DNA of 64,000 nt from Octopus vulgaris. Lineage: Eukaryota. The notes under the pieces are model-generated. The model was not told the origin of the DNA. It ran no database searches and was given only the letters and a program-made list of their open reading frames with translations. The position numbers and the translations under genes were made by a program. Location of the stretch: the NCBI GenBank assembly GCA_951406725.2, contig OX597836.1, forward strand, positions 5,456,001-5,520,000. The letters are read 5' to 3'. Of this stretch, positions 42,737 through 56,646 are shown one piece after another; positions within the stretch are counted from its first letter, which is position 1; each line of letters opens with the position of its first letter.

Positions 42737-43750
42737 CTGTGTGTGTGTGTTTCTGTATATATATATATCTATATATATATGGGTGTATATATATCTCGAT
42801 GTGGCTATATGTGTGTGTATATATATAGTTAGATATATATACACTTGTATATATATATGAATAAATATATATATATATATGTGTGTGTGTATGTCTGTGT
42901 GTGTGTGTAGTCATGCATTCATGTATAGATATGTGTGAAGTGTGTTCTCTGTTGATTTGGTTACATAGTAGTGTTGCACGTTTGTGTGTGGTTGTGTGTG
43001 TGTGTGTGTGTGTGTATGCAGATGAGTGTGTCTATTTTGGTGTACACAAAAATAAATAGATAAAGATATATATGTGTGTATAGATATATATACACTTAAC
43101 ACACACATTCACACACATATATGCACAAATGAACACACAGTCACAGATTCAGACATACATATATACACATACATATATATATATATTCACACGCACACAC
43201 GCACACACACACACACACACACATATATGCATCAGTACATATAAATGTATATCATTGATTTATATGTACGGACATATATCGATTTACCTGAACATATATC
43301 CAAATAGTTGAACGCAGACATAAACATGAACACAAAACACGTATATATGTCGGGTTTTATTTCATAAAATGTCTCAAAATTTAATTTCTATTTAACGCAC
43401 CCATTCGTTTAATTAATAACATTGTTTCATTGAGATAGACTCAATTTTCCCTCTCAATAGCACACCGGCAACATCTATATTCCTCTAATTCCTTTAATCG
43501 TTAAATATTTCTTTAATAGCAGTTTGCGACAGTGCTTAGTTTTATCATGATATGGTAGAGATAAACAAGAATATACTTAGTTCTTCCGAGGTCTTTAATA
43601 GAATTATAATCTTGTCTCTTGTGGTAGGGAAAAAAGTGATAATGCGGAAAGGCTTTCGATCAAAGGTTTCCGGAATGCTTTTAGCATAGTAATGTATGTA
43701 AACAAATATGTGTCTGTAAGTCTTTATCCCGATATATATATATGTATATA

Positions 43751-43854
<104 letters not shown>

Positions 43855-43879
43855 CACACATATATATATACATATAAAT

Positions 43880-43941
<62 letters not shown>

Positions 43942-44037
43942 TGTATGTATAATAACGCAGACACACACACTCACATATATGCATATACTTTTACACACAT
44001 ACATATATTTATACGTTTATACACATACACACACACG

Positions 44038-44101
<64 letters not shown>

Positions 44102-44190
44102 CGTCTGCGTATGTGTATAATCGTGTAAATATAAGAATGAGTGTATGTCAGTGTAAAACTATATGTTTATGCTTTCATTCTTATATTCAT

Positions 44191-44503
44191 TTATTTGTTT
44201 CAGTCATTTGACTGCGGCCATGCTGAAGCACCGCCTTTAGTCGAACAAATCGACCTAAGGACTTATTCTTTGTAAGCCAAGTTCTAATTCTATCAGTCGC
44301 TTTTGTCGAACCACTAATCTTACGGAGACATAAACTCACCAGCATCGGTTGCCAAGCGATGTTTGGGAGACAAACACACACACACACAAACACATATACA
44401 CCCATACATACATATATTTGTATGTATATACGACAGGCTTCTTTCAGTTTCCAGCTACCAAAGCCACTCACAAGGCTTTGGTCGGCCCGATGCTATAGCA
44501 GAA
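44191..44503 (-). mobile_element. 5'-truncated family A SINE
   Basis: Matches 4150-4455. Confidence 0.88.
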
Positions 44504-45079
44504 TAGAAATATGAATAGAAATAATATGGCCGCTGTCCAATGGCTTAAAGAAGGTTAAAGGAAACTTCTGATTTTGCGAAAAATGAGTAAACAGAAATAT
44601 TTGTCATGTTAGTACTTACGTATTCTGAAGATGACAGTATATTAATATTTCATAATTTTTATCCCCATTTTTGTTTATTTATATATTTGTATTTTTTGTA
44701 GCACGTCATTCATCATTTACTGCTAAAAGCAAACTTCAGTTCCTGTTTTTTCGCCCAGAGCTTTTGATCTATTATTTACATTCACACTAACATCCTTTCT
44801 GCTGAATCAAGCAGGGAATGTCCGTTAGAAGACATTTTTTTCATCCTTTCTATTGTTGACTGTTTTAAGGTTTAAAATTATGATTTTTGTCATGTCCCCT
44901 TTTACAATTTGTATTGTATTCTATTGTCGTTCGCTGAAACTGGCTTTTATATATTTCATTCAATGAAGTTAGCTTCTAGCTTGTATTTTATTTTTTTATT
45001 TATATCGAGAAAAGTTTTTCCCCTCCTCATCTGTAATGATATTGATGAATCTCCCCTTGCATCTTCTGCTACTTATATA

Positions 45080-45404
45080 GGAGCACTCCGTCAGTTGCGA
45101 CGACGAAGGTCCCAGCTGATACGATCAACGGAACAGCTTGCTCGTGAAATTAACGTGTAAGTGGCTGAGCACTCCACGAACACGTGTACCCTTAACGTAT
45201 TTCTCGGGGAGATTCAGCGTGACATAGAGTGTGACAAGGCTGGCCCCTTTGAAATACAGGTACAACTCATTTTGCCAGCTGAGTGGACTGGAGCCACGTG
45301 AAATAAAGTGTCTTTCTCAAGGACACAACGCGCCGCCGAGAATTGAACTCACGACCTTACGATCATGAGCCGAATGCCCCTAACCACTAAGCCACGAGCC
45401 TCCA
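45080..45404 (-). mobile_element. tRNA-derived SINE with Meta-like domain and tail Y
   Basis: Minus GGAGGCTCGTGGCTTAGTGGTTAG..GAGTTCAATTCTC..CGTTGTGTCCTTGAGAAAGACACTTTATTTCAC..; 3' half homologous to 41879-42060. Confidence 0.88.
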
Positions 45405-46039
45405 CGTATTATATTACAGCTAGTGATATTATTCTATAATACTCCGTGTTTCAGGCCCCGTAATTTCTCTGTGATATTAAGATATATCCTCGACACAAAT
45501 GAAGATATATTTTCTTGAATTAAAATTTTAGAAAACGGCATTAAGAGAAGTACAATAACACAATTTCCGAAGTGAGTTTTAACATTGCGTTAGCTTTTTC
45601 CAACTAAGAGCTCTTCAAACGCACATGTTATTTAGTTACACGTAGAGAGGAATTAGTTGAAAATGATTTTCCTCAAATATTGTGACTGTTGCGTCTTCCT
45701 CGACACTATTATGTCCGCGTTATTACGATGTGCTTCGACATCTGCGAGACTGGCTCCAATGGGACACCTCGCCGTCTTACACCGCTTGTGTCTGTTCACT
45801 ATTTATTTGTGGTGGAACAGCCCACTTCTCTCGCTCGGGGATGTCCTCTACAATAGGGACTCTGTGAAGAAATTTTGCAACAAAAACTGTTTGAAGAATA
45901 AATATATTTGTGTGTGTGTCTGCGTGTGTGTCTGCGTGTGTGTGTGTGTGTGTGTGTGTGTTATTCTACTTCCCTTAAAGACGTTTTTAATTTTAATTTA
46001 AGAAAATTTACCTTCATTTGTGTTTATATATATATATAT

Positions 46040-46309
<270 letters not shown>

Positions 46310-46648
46310 GTTACGACTTGTTTGCCGGAGAGATTTCCTTGAACAAAGGCCATTGATTTCTTGTCTATTTTCTTGTATAGTGAGATTCGTCGACTTCGGT
46401 CGTCTTCTCTATGTTATTTTGCGGACATTCTAAGAATTTCTTTCTCCAAGAAACTCAACTCTAATTCGAACGACAGTAAGTCACATTGGTAGATTTGCTT
46501 GAAAATCCCTCCTAAACTGTGTTTGAACTTCTACTGTGTTTTTAAAATTCCGATTGTATTTTATGATCGATTTCCAATAATTAAAAGTTCTTTTACTTCC
46601 ATCGTTATTTCTAATGCGTTAGATCTAAAACGAAATGAAATTTTTGCA

Positions 46649-46682
<34 letters not shown>

Positions 46683-47542
46683 GTTCGGATGCAAATAGAT
46701 ATATACGTAGACAATCACGTACATTTATACTTATAAAGGAACATATAGAAACATATACACGCCCGCATAAACAAACACACACATACACACACACACACAC
46801 ACAAACATACACACACACATACACACACACACACACACACTCACACGCACACAGAGGCCTATTTTATATGATCTAATGTTACCGGATCTCGTTTTTCGAA
46901 GCCATGTTTACTATTTTCTCGTAACAGCTTTCCCTAACATTTCTCTGATGGAACTTCCTCAGAAATATTGCTTAAACAATATCTTAGCAATATTTTCCCA
47001 GACAGATATTTTTTTTTCTTTTTCTAGGTGATTCTTTTGTCCTTATGTTTTCGAAGAAGCATTTTATGCTTATACATTTCACTTAATATCCAAAAATATT
47101 GCATCCTTGCAGCATTTACTTGAATTTATCCCGCAGCTTTTTCTCTTCTTTAGTACTGTTGTTGTTGTTGTTGTTTTTGTTGTTGTTGTCTCTTGTCACT
47201 CTCGTAGTTGTTGTTGTAACTTAAATCCATATAAGTTTCTCGGGAGTGTCTATTATCAACGATAATATATGAACCACTCAAATATTCGTGATGATATAAT
47301 AGATTTGCCAAACCTTTCTAAGTTGAGTCTCTTGTCCATAGTTTTGTGTTGTTTTTCACTGTTTCGTGATGCACAACGCTAATGGCCGTTTAGGTCTGCA
47401 ATATTTTACGGTTTCTTTAGAACATTTGTGTAATATGACTCCGAAAATAGCCTAATGTCATGAAAAAAAGATGAGTTTGTCATAGCTGGAAGGATTTTCA
47501 ATCATAGTTACCCTTGTTCGAGACCTGATTGAGGCTGAAGAA

Positions 47543-47845
47543 CTGACGATGCGGGTTCCAGTTGATCTGATCAACAAACAGCCTACTCGTGAAATTAACG
47601 TGGAAAAAGCTGATCGCTCCACAGACATGCGTAGCCTTAACGTAGTTCTGATGGCGATTCAGTGTGTCTTTGAATGTGAGAAGGCTGGCCTTTTGAAATA
47701 CTGGTGCAACTCATGTTTGCCTGATAAGTGAACTGGAGCAACGTAAATTAAGCGTCATTCTCAAGGACACATCGTGCAGGTGGGAATCGACCTTACAACC
47801 TTACCATCAGCCAAATATCCTATCTATTTAACCACGCGACTTTAC
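47543..47845 (-). mobile_element. Decayed Meta/tail-Y SINE
   Basis: CTCGTGAAATTAACGTG..AAGGCTGGCCTTTTGAAATAC..TCAAGGACACA matches the 45080 copy. Confidence 0.8.
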
Positions 47846-47931
47846 ACTGAATAATTAGACCTATCAACAAAAGCAACTCGACCTACGAACAAAATGTTTC
47901 TGGCCCTTAACTCAAGCAGATCGCTAATTGT

Positions 47932-48352
47932 GTGTTTTTTTTTACTATCCACAAGGGGCGATACACAGAGGGGACAAACAAGGACAGACAAACGGATTAA
48001 GTCGATCATATCGACCCCAGTGTGTAACTAGCACTTATTTAATCGACCCCGAAAGGATGAAAGGCAAAGTCGATCTCGGCGGAATTTGAACTCAGAACGT
48101 AGCGGCAGACGAAATACCTATTTCTTTATTACCCACAAGGGGCTAAACACAGAGGGGACAAACAAGGGCAGACATAGGTATTAAGTCGATTACATCGACC
48201 CCAGTGCGTAACTGGTACTTAATTTATCGACCCCGAAAGGATGAAAGGCAAAGTCGATCTCGGCGGAATTTGAACTCAGAACGTAGCGGTAGACGAAATA
48301 CCGCTAAGCATTTCGCCCGGTGCGCTACCGATTCTGCCAGCTTCCCCCTCCT
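47932..48352 (-). mobile_element. Tandem (1.7-mer) Nin-domain SINE inside a single 16 bp TSD
   Basis: Two colinear units (about 47941-48118 and 48119-48345); GCAGATCGCTAATTGT at 47916-47931 and 48353-48368. Confidence 0.9.
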
Positions 48353-49009
48353 GCAGATCGCTAATTGTATAACATGAAAGGATCACAGTGAAATATCTCG
48401 CAGATTCTTCTCGCAGCCAATTCTGAAAGACTGGAACCGAAAGCCAAACAGAAGTGTCATGAAACGGAATCAAACTCAGAATTTGGCAGCTGCATTTGCT
48501 ATAGGTACCAGGGAGAAAAAAAAAAGCAAATTTGAAGAAGGCTTTATTCGAACTTGGAGCGCGAAGGTCTAGAAAAATTAACACGTAACCTATCTATCCG
48601 ATGGACTGGCGATTCTCCAATCGATCAATTGTTCTTAGATGAAAAATCAACATTTATTTTTGTTTGTTTCTCGTAAATCGATATTTTGTTTCGCTCTGTA
48701 TATTTTCTCCTTTTTTTTCTGCACTATATTCTTTTTTCTTGTGTGTGTGATATTGTTATGCCAGCTTCCTAATCTCCGTTTACTAATTTCGAAATCTAAT
48801 TGCAGCCGTATTTCTCTATCTTTGCTAAAATGAATTTTGGCTTTCACCTGTACAGCCTGTCTAAATTCACGTATTCAGAAAATACCAATCACTGGACATC
48901 CGTAAGCTTGAAATCGATAATTCTGACTGATATTACATCCGGAGTGCTTATGCATTGCAGTAATTTTTACATCGTTATTCCAAGATTTCTACAAATATAT
49001 TGGCATCGA

Positions 49010-49430
49010 ATTTTTGACAAAAGGACAGCAATTTCAGCGAAGGGAGTAACTAAATTACATCGACCCCATTGCTTGACTGGTACGTATTTTTCAACACCAA
49101 AATGATGAAAGGCAAAGTCGACCTCGACGGAATTTGAACTCGGAACAGAAATACAGACAAAATCCAGTTTGTCTGGAGTGTTAACGATTTTGCTAAATCA
49201 GCGCCTTGTACCTATATTGGTTTCAGATGTTTGGGCAAAGGCCAGCAATTTCCGGATAATTGGTTTCATCGATTACATAACCCTGCTAGACTGGTAAGTA
49301 TTTTATTGACCCCGAAAGGACGAAAGGCGAAGTCGACCTCGGTGGAATTTGAGCTTAGAGATTAAAGGGAGACGAAATGCCGCTAAGTATTTCGCCGGCG
49401 TGCTAACGATTGGGCCAGCCCGTCGCCTTG
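49010..49430 (-). mobile_element. Two adjacent decayed Nin-domain SINE copies
   Basis: GATGAAAGGCAAAGTCGACCTCGACGGAATTTGAACTC near 49104 and GACCCCGAAAGGACGAAAGGCGAAGTCGACCTCGG near 49308. Confidence 0.8.
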
Positions 49431-49469
49431 AAAGTCCGGCAAATATTCTTTCATACTTCTGTTTTTTTT

Positions 49470-49892
49470 TGTTTCAGTCATTCGACTGCGACCATGCTGG
49501 AGCACCGCTTTCAGTCAAACAAATCCACCCCATAACTTATTCTTTGTAAGCCTAGAACTCATTCCATTGGTCTCCTTTGCCAAACCGCTAAGATACGGGG
49601 ACGCAAACATATCATCATCTGTTATCAAGCGATGGTGGGGAAACACAGACACACAAACATACATATATATATATACGAGGGTCTTCATTCAGTTTCCGTT
49701 TACCAAATCCACTCAAAAGCCTTTGGTCTGCCCGAGGTTCTGGTAGAAGACACTTATTCTTTGTAAGCCTAGCACTCATTCTATCGGTGTCCTTTGCCGA
49801 ACCGCTAAGATACGATGACGCTAACATGCCAACATCGGTTGTCAAGCGATGGTGGATTGACAAACACAGACACACAAACATACATACATAAT

Positions 49893-49972
<80 letters not shown>

Positions 49973-50130
49973 GACGAGCTTCTTTCAGTTTCCGTCTACC
50001 AAATTCACTCACAAGGCTTTGGTCTGCCCGAGGCTCTGCTAGAAGACACTTTTCCAAAAGTGTTACGCAGTGGGAATGAACTCGGAACCACGTGGTTGTT
50101 AAGCAGACTACTTACCTCACAGCCACTCCT
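49470..50130 (-). mobile_element. Family A SINE with internal tandem duplication
   Basis: Segment ACTTATTCTTTGTAAG..AGAAGACACTT present twice (about 49536-49755 and 49752-50052). Confidence 0.88.
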
Positions 50131-51189
50131 TAACAGTGAACTCCATTGCTCGCATCTCCTGGAACAATCATCCTCGTAGCCGACGCAGTGCCAGTTTAGG
50201 TAAGGTCCTGCAAGTATCTATTTCCATTTTTAACCTCTAAGTCGTTAAGAATTCACCAACGTTCATCTCGTCAACCATTTACTTTGCCGCCTTTTTACAA
50301 GCTGTTGTATTGTATCTCTCTAATTCTTACTGATTGGTTTTATGTCCTGTTGATTATTGTTCCTCGAGGGATCATTTATACAATCAAACTGCTGAGATTG
50401 CTTCATTATTGCTGTTATTTGAGACGAAATGTGCACGCAAATGTTGCTGTTTTCATCCGTGTGTTTATGTGTAATCAGCGCATATAATCAGGTTTTGTTT
50501 GCCTTTCATGTGTCAAACACACAACGTTTCTCCGCTGTTGACTTGCTTTGGCGATTCACACTGTGTGTAGCTCGTGGATTAAATTTCCTTTTCCTATTTG
50601 CGTTATTCTGTTAGCTTTTATAATAACCTAGCAATGTGTATTTGCTTTTGTAATGTATCTATGAATATTTGCCTCTATACATTCTTATTATTCGAAAGTC
50701 TATTTGGATCTGAAATGTTCTCTTACGCGATGGCGTCTTATATACAGAATTTTCCAAGTTGGTATAATCATGTTGTCAATAATTGCATATAATGTTGCAA
50801 GGTAGAGAATACAAAATGGAGTACTTCTCAATATTGTCCTTTGCTACCTTTCTCTTAGGTCTTTCCTTTTCGTTTGATGGCCACTAATGCAAATTGATGC
50901 CCCATCCATTTCAATAGGACCCTATTCTATAGCCAGTTCGTTGACCATTTTATGCTTCATATCTTGTAATGTATTCAATTTATTCAAACTATTCTTATCT
51001 TCCATAAGTACAGATGAAATGGCGTAAATCTTCTCTTTCTCTTTCTCTCTTTCCCCCTCTCTCTCTATCTCTCTCTCTCCCTCTGTCTAACACACACACT
51101 CACGCACACATACACCCTTTCTCTCCATTTTGTTTCTGTGAGTTTGTTGTAAAAGTATTTCAAGGTACGTTTTTTTTTCTTCCTTAAAA

Positions 51190-51600
51190 TTGGCTGTGTG
51201 GCTAAAATCCTCGCATTGTCGCCACGACGTTTCGGGTTCAGAACCACTTGGCGGTACCTGAGACGAGTGTCTTCTGCTGTAGATCCAGATCAAACAATAC
51301 CTTGGCAGAGGTGAGCTGTATGCAAATGCAATCCCGTAGTGTACACACACACACACGCACACATACACACGTATATATATATGGAGAGAGAGAGAAATAG
51401 AGAGATGGAGAGAGAGGGACAGAGAGCAATGATAAATCTCTGGTTAGTGGTTCTACAAAAGTAACCGTGACAGTAAATACCACGCGTATCAAAAGAGAAA
51501 ATAACGCAAATAATGGAGTCGATTTATTCGTCTAAATTTCTTCAAGGCAGTGCTCCAGCGTGGCCGGCATTCCAGTGACAGGAATAATTGTTAAAAAGAA
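51190..51600 (+). mobile_element. Decayed family A SINE
   Basis: TGGCTGTGTGG..GGGTTCAG..AGTGTCTTCTGCTGTAG head and AAGGCAGTGCTCCAGCGTGGCC tail. Confidence 0.65.
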
Positions 51601-51639
51601 ATGGTAGGTAAGTGGCTGTTAACTTATAATCCTTTCCAT

Positions 51640-51830
51640 TTTAGGCATCAGGCCTGAAATTTTAGGGGAAGGGACTAGTCGATTACATCGACCTCCAGTG
51701 CGTAACTGGTACTTAATTTATCGGCCTCGAAAGGATGAAAGGCAAAGTCGATCTCGGCAGAATTTGAACTCAGAACGTAGTGACAGGCGAAATACTGCTG
51801 GGCACTTCGTCCGGCGCGCTACCGATTCTG
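51640..51830 (-). mobile_element. Nin-domain SINE copy
   Basis: GTCGATTACATCGACC..CTGGTACTTAATTTATCGGCCTCGAAAGGATGAAAGGCAAAGTCG. Confidence 0.85.
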
Positions 51831-51834
51831 ACAA

Positions 51835-52160
51835 GGTTACTTGGCTACGAAGCTCTTCTCCACCCAGTTTATTCCCCAGACATTTCTCCTACCGACTACC
51901 ACTTTTCAAGTACCTTGATAGTTTCCCGCGAGGAGAGTTAAAAAATCAAACCGATGCTGAAGTTGCATTCAAAGTGTTCATCAGTTCCAGAACTCCATAT
52001 TTTTATGCCACCGGAATAAACAAACTTGTAACTCGTTGGCACAAATGTGTTTATTGTATAATGGTACTTACTTTGATGAATAAAATTTCCGCACTGTTGA
52101 AATATATTGTAATGTTTTTCATGTTTTAAAACGCTGCTCACTTCTTACTCAAACTGATAT
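51835..52160 (+). mobile_element. Decayed mariner transposase 3' end
   Basis: LHPVYSPDISPTDYH/FKYLDSF..FYATGINKLVTRWHKCV/NGTYFDE* (YSPDLAPxD motif and mariner C-terminus). Confidence 0.88.
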
Positions 52161-52474
52161 ATATAACCGTAACAAGTTATTTTGTCTTACACTTTAACAT
52201 CTCTACCTTTACTTTGCCTTCCGATTTATTCTTGTCTCTATTGATATCCACCCGAAAACACAATAAAATTCACAGTCGAGCTCAGAACTGTTCAAATACA
52301 GAACGTTATGGAGTGGCAATTGGGGCAGAGCATACAATAAAAGGGTGGTTTTAGGTGTGGAGCTTCACGAGGGCTTCTAAAGAGAATGTTTTCATACAGG
52401 CCTCTACGCATTAAACAGAAAATCTGTAAGGTTACTGGCAGGTATGTATGTATGTATGTATGTATGTATGTATG

Positions 52475-52506
<32 letters not shown>

Positions 52507-52593
52507 AATGAATGTATGTACGTATGTATGTATTGATGGATGGATGTATATACACGTATGGATCGACGGTTGATTTGAAGGATGTGATTGTGA

Positions 52594-52629
<36 letters not shown>

Positions 52630-52647
52630 GCATACATATATATATAC

Positions 52648-52688
<41 letters not shown>

Positions 52689-52798
52689 CGTACATATACA
52701 CTCACACTCACATAGACATATGTACACACACAGAGAAACACATACACACACGCACACACACTCACATATATATATATATACATACAACTCTCTCTTTG

Positions 52799-52865
<67 letters not shown>

Positions 52866-52924
52866 CAGATATGTGCTGTGCATGCGCAAATTGCTAAAAG
52901 GCACAAGGATTAATAATCAATGTA

Positions 52925-53200
52925 ATGTTTGCTGGTGATTTGACCGACAAATTATTTTTTGCTGTTTCAAAAGCTCAACTTGGCTTTTGTCATAGACTTC
53001 AGTTATCTGCGATGTGACATTGCAGACGGGAGCGAATAGCTTTTAGACAAAGATATCAATTAGTATGTTTAACGGGCCGCAAATTTATTTTATTTGGAAA
53101 TTGCCAAGCCAATGAAAGAATTAAAATGCTACTTTTCAAAGCCTGCATTGAAATATGTTCTGTTCTATTGCAGTGAAGTCGCTTGGACAATAACAGCAAC
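52925..53200 (+). mobile_element. Very decayed RTE-like LINE fragment
   Basis: IKMLLFKACIE/VLFYCSE/AWTIT resembles the RTE post-RT motif KxRLFxxxVxSVLLYGxETW. Confidence 0.45.
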
Positions 53201-54372
53201 ACCAGCCGGAGAGATAAATTCACAAGATCGATGTTCTTTTTTTCTTTCGTTTTTTTTTTTTTTATAAAGATTAATTAGTGGACGGCTAATTGCAAGAGAC
53301 CAGACTTTCTAAGCTGATACTATTTTACGTTGAAAAAGATTAATTTTGATATGAGATTCTTTGAAGAGACAAAATATGCCTGTGGTTTGTAGTTGTAGTC
53401 ACAAGAATCGAACCGCGGTGCTTTATTGTCTCAGAGGGATTTTGAAAATAGATATTTCCTATGATATTAATCATGAAGTCGACCGTTAATAATCGAGTAG
53501 TCAAGTGTTCAAAACTGACGTTTACTTCCTTCAGGCCAATAAACTTGATGGAAGTAAACTCTCGGATCACGGTTCTCGTCGCAGAGGCTGGAGCCAGAGA
53601 TGTTTTCGTTGCAAAATCTCCTTTAGATCTAATGAAACAATTGTCAGGCTTCAAGAAGAGCAGGCCCAAAGCCCTAAAGGCAATATCAAAGACACGGAGA
53701 AATGTTCTTCCTGGTTCTGGTTAAAGAGTAACAAAAACGAATTTCGTACCGTTTGAAGGCAATATTTTCGTGTTTTAGCACTAAAGGAAGGAACTCTTCG
53801 AGAGTCGTCTTGGTGACGTTAATACTTCACTGCTACCATATCAACCAACATTATTTCTTATTCGAAATGCCGAGTTTTAATGCCGAGTCAACGAAGTGGA
53901 TTTATAAATAGATGGAAATCTGTAGACGGTTTAAATGCACAATTCTCCGATATCGAAGTGGTTAAAGTGCCTCATCAAAAGTGCACCCAGGAGCGATCGT
54001 GTGGATGTGGCCCGGTTCACTTAGAATGTAAGAAATTAAGGACCGAAAGACTTGCCCGAGAGATAAAAAGAAGCTTGCATTGCAACCATGGGGTTTCGAG
54101 TTCAGTGTCAGCGTGCGGAATCTTGGTCAAATTGCTATGCACCCCGACTAATAAATTTGTAAGTAAATTCGGTTTGAAGAACCTTTATGGAAAGCCGTCG
54201 TACAAATTTGTGTGTATGAGTGTATGTGTGTATGTGGATGTCTGTACATATGTGCGTGCGTATAGTATGTGTGTGTACGCATTTGCGTGTGTAATCGAGT
54301 TTATATATTCGCCATGATAGATCGCTAGCCACTACACACTCTTTATTTTCTCTCCTTATTTCTTTCAGTGTT

Positions 54373-54410
54373 CCTTTCTGTGGAAGAGCATATGCTCGAA
54401 ACATTAAAGG
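54373..54410 (+). ncRNA. Minimal hammerhead-like motif, family H copy 3
   Basis: CCTTT-CTGTGGA-A-GAGC-ATAT-GCTC-GAAA-CA-TT-AAAGG: 5 bp helix I, 4 bp helix II. Confidence 0.6.
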
Positions 54411-54500
54411 CGGCTCGTTTCACTTCCCGAGCGTTAAACTAATATATATGTTTGTTGTCTACACCACCTGTTTTTTTTTTTGTGAATTTTCTCCACCTTC

Positions 54501-54543
<43 letters not shown>

Positions 54544-54544
54544 C

Positions 54545-54584
<40 letters not shown>

Positions 54585-54963
54585 ATTTAAAGCGGTTACC
54601 CTGTTTCACGTCCATATTGCTCTTAGCTTTACGTTGTTTTATCAGAATTCGAAAACGTTTGGCCTATGGCCACTCTAGCAAGTGGCCGCTCTAGAAAATG
54701 GAGACTTCGTTACTCTGTCAACGATACGAAATACTCTTCCTTTGCCCGCTATTCCTAATTGTGCCTAATAGCGCGTGAATCCCAGAATCCCAGCAGGAAT
54801 TTCCAAAAAGAGCAAGACTATCCAGTAATTAAATTCGTTCACGGTCTTACTTCATGCCTGACAAATTATTGAACCGGCGTGCTTTAAGCAGACAGGAAAA
54901 GGAACGCAAACCTCACACCGGAGTACTTTTGAAGAAATTTGACAATCTTCTATTTATTTATTA

Positions 54964-55370
54964 CTAGCAGTATCGCTCGGCGTTGCTCGGGTTCGTAAGG
55001 GAAATAACCATGTAAGCATTTTTAGAGATGTAAAGTATAATAGCCATCTCAATATGGCTAACCACAAAGGGGGGGGGTGTTGCTGTAGCTTTTTACGTTC
55101 TGAATTTTTCTGAATTTTTACGTTCTCTAAATTTTTAGAGAGTTACTTCCCTTATATATGCGAAAAGTACACTAAAAATGGGAAAAATTGATGGTAATTT
55201 TGTTTCAATCGTAGACTCATCGCAGACGCGCGCTAATACCCAGAAGGGCTCGATATAAATCACGACTATAAGATACCCGAATTTGGTTAAACTGCACCGC
55301 AAAATGTGGGAGTAGTTAGGAATCTAAATCGTAGGAGACAGACACACAACTTGACTTTTATATATAAAGA
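54964..55370 (-). mobile_element. Complete non-autonomous Helitron-like element
   Basis: Minus 5' TCTTTATATATAAAA, 3' CCCGAGCAACGCCGAGCGATACTGCTAG; A/T flanks. Confidence 0.85.
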
Positions 55371-55531
55371 TATTCTAATTATATATTTTTATTTATTTAT
55401 TTATTTATTTATCTGCATTGCAGTGCTCAATCAGTAACAGCTGACTAACATTGCTGAAGCCACTTCAGCAAACAAACGACACACATACTGTCCGACAGAC
55501 ATTTCTTCCTTCTTTGGATCTTTTCCCCTAT

Positions 55532-55560
55532 CCGACGAAGAGCTATGCTCAAAACTTCAA
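55532..55560 (+). ncRNA. Degenerate hammerhead-like motif, family H copy 4
   Basis: CCGACGA-A-GAGC-TAT-GCTC-AAAA-CT-TC; downstream GAGCATCAAACAAATAC shared with the other copies. Confidence 0.5.
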
Positions 55561-55751
55561 AACCTTTCTCTTTTTATTGAGCATCAAACAAATACAATCC
55601 ATATTCTAGCTTGTTATTGATATTTCTAGTGATCGCTCATTCTATTTGACAATGGAACAACAGGTAAAGCGTTGAAGAGAACCAAGAACCATGTTGACGG
55701 AAACTAGCCTTCTTACCACACGGACACGCTCGTCTTTTTGTCTCCGTATGA

Positions 55752-55847
<96 letters not shown>

Positions 55848-55905
55848 CATACATATATATATACATATATGTGTGTGTATGTATGTATGTATGTATACAT
55901 ATATA

Positions 55906-55948
<43 letters not shown>

Positions 55949-56058
55949 CATGTATGTTTATATGCGTGACTGCGTGTGTATAAATAAGTATATGCATATA
56001 TATATCCATATATTTATATATGTATGAATATAAATACATATACATATCAATATAAATA

Positions 56059-56108
<50 letters not shown>

Positions 56109-56444
56109 AATATAAAAATAAATAAATAAATATATATAAAAAGAAAGCATCATTCGAACTATCATTTCCATGGTATCAATCTGTAATGTTCGACTTCAGA
56201 AGAGTGGACAGTCTGCTTTTAGTAGCTATTATCAATATCGATTGCCTCATTTGTGATTGGTTATTGCAGACTTCGAGCTGAGGATTAATCTTGTGCGTTC
56301 TTCATAATCTGTCTCCCACGCGTTAATTGTTTTCAAATGCTTACTTTTCAAAGTATACAGACATACTTACATATCTACATCAATCTATACACCCATAAAT
56401 ATATAAGTACACATGCATGTATATATGTAGGTATGTATGTGTAA

Positions 56445-56488
<44 letters not shown>

Positions 56489-56590
56489 GTATCTTTATAT
56501 ATGTATATGCATATATGCGTGAATGTGTATCAGTGCGTGAGTTTGCGTTGATATATAAGTATATGGTCTCATATAAAGGTGTATATATAC

Positions 56591-56646
<56 letters not shown>

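Noticed and set aside
50810-51030. Possible RTE C-terminal remnant on the minus strand
   Set aside because: Resemblance too weak to support without alignment
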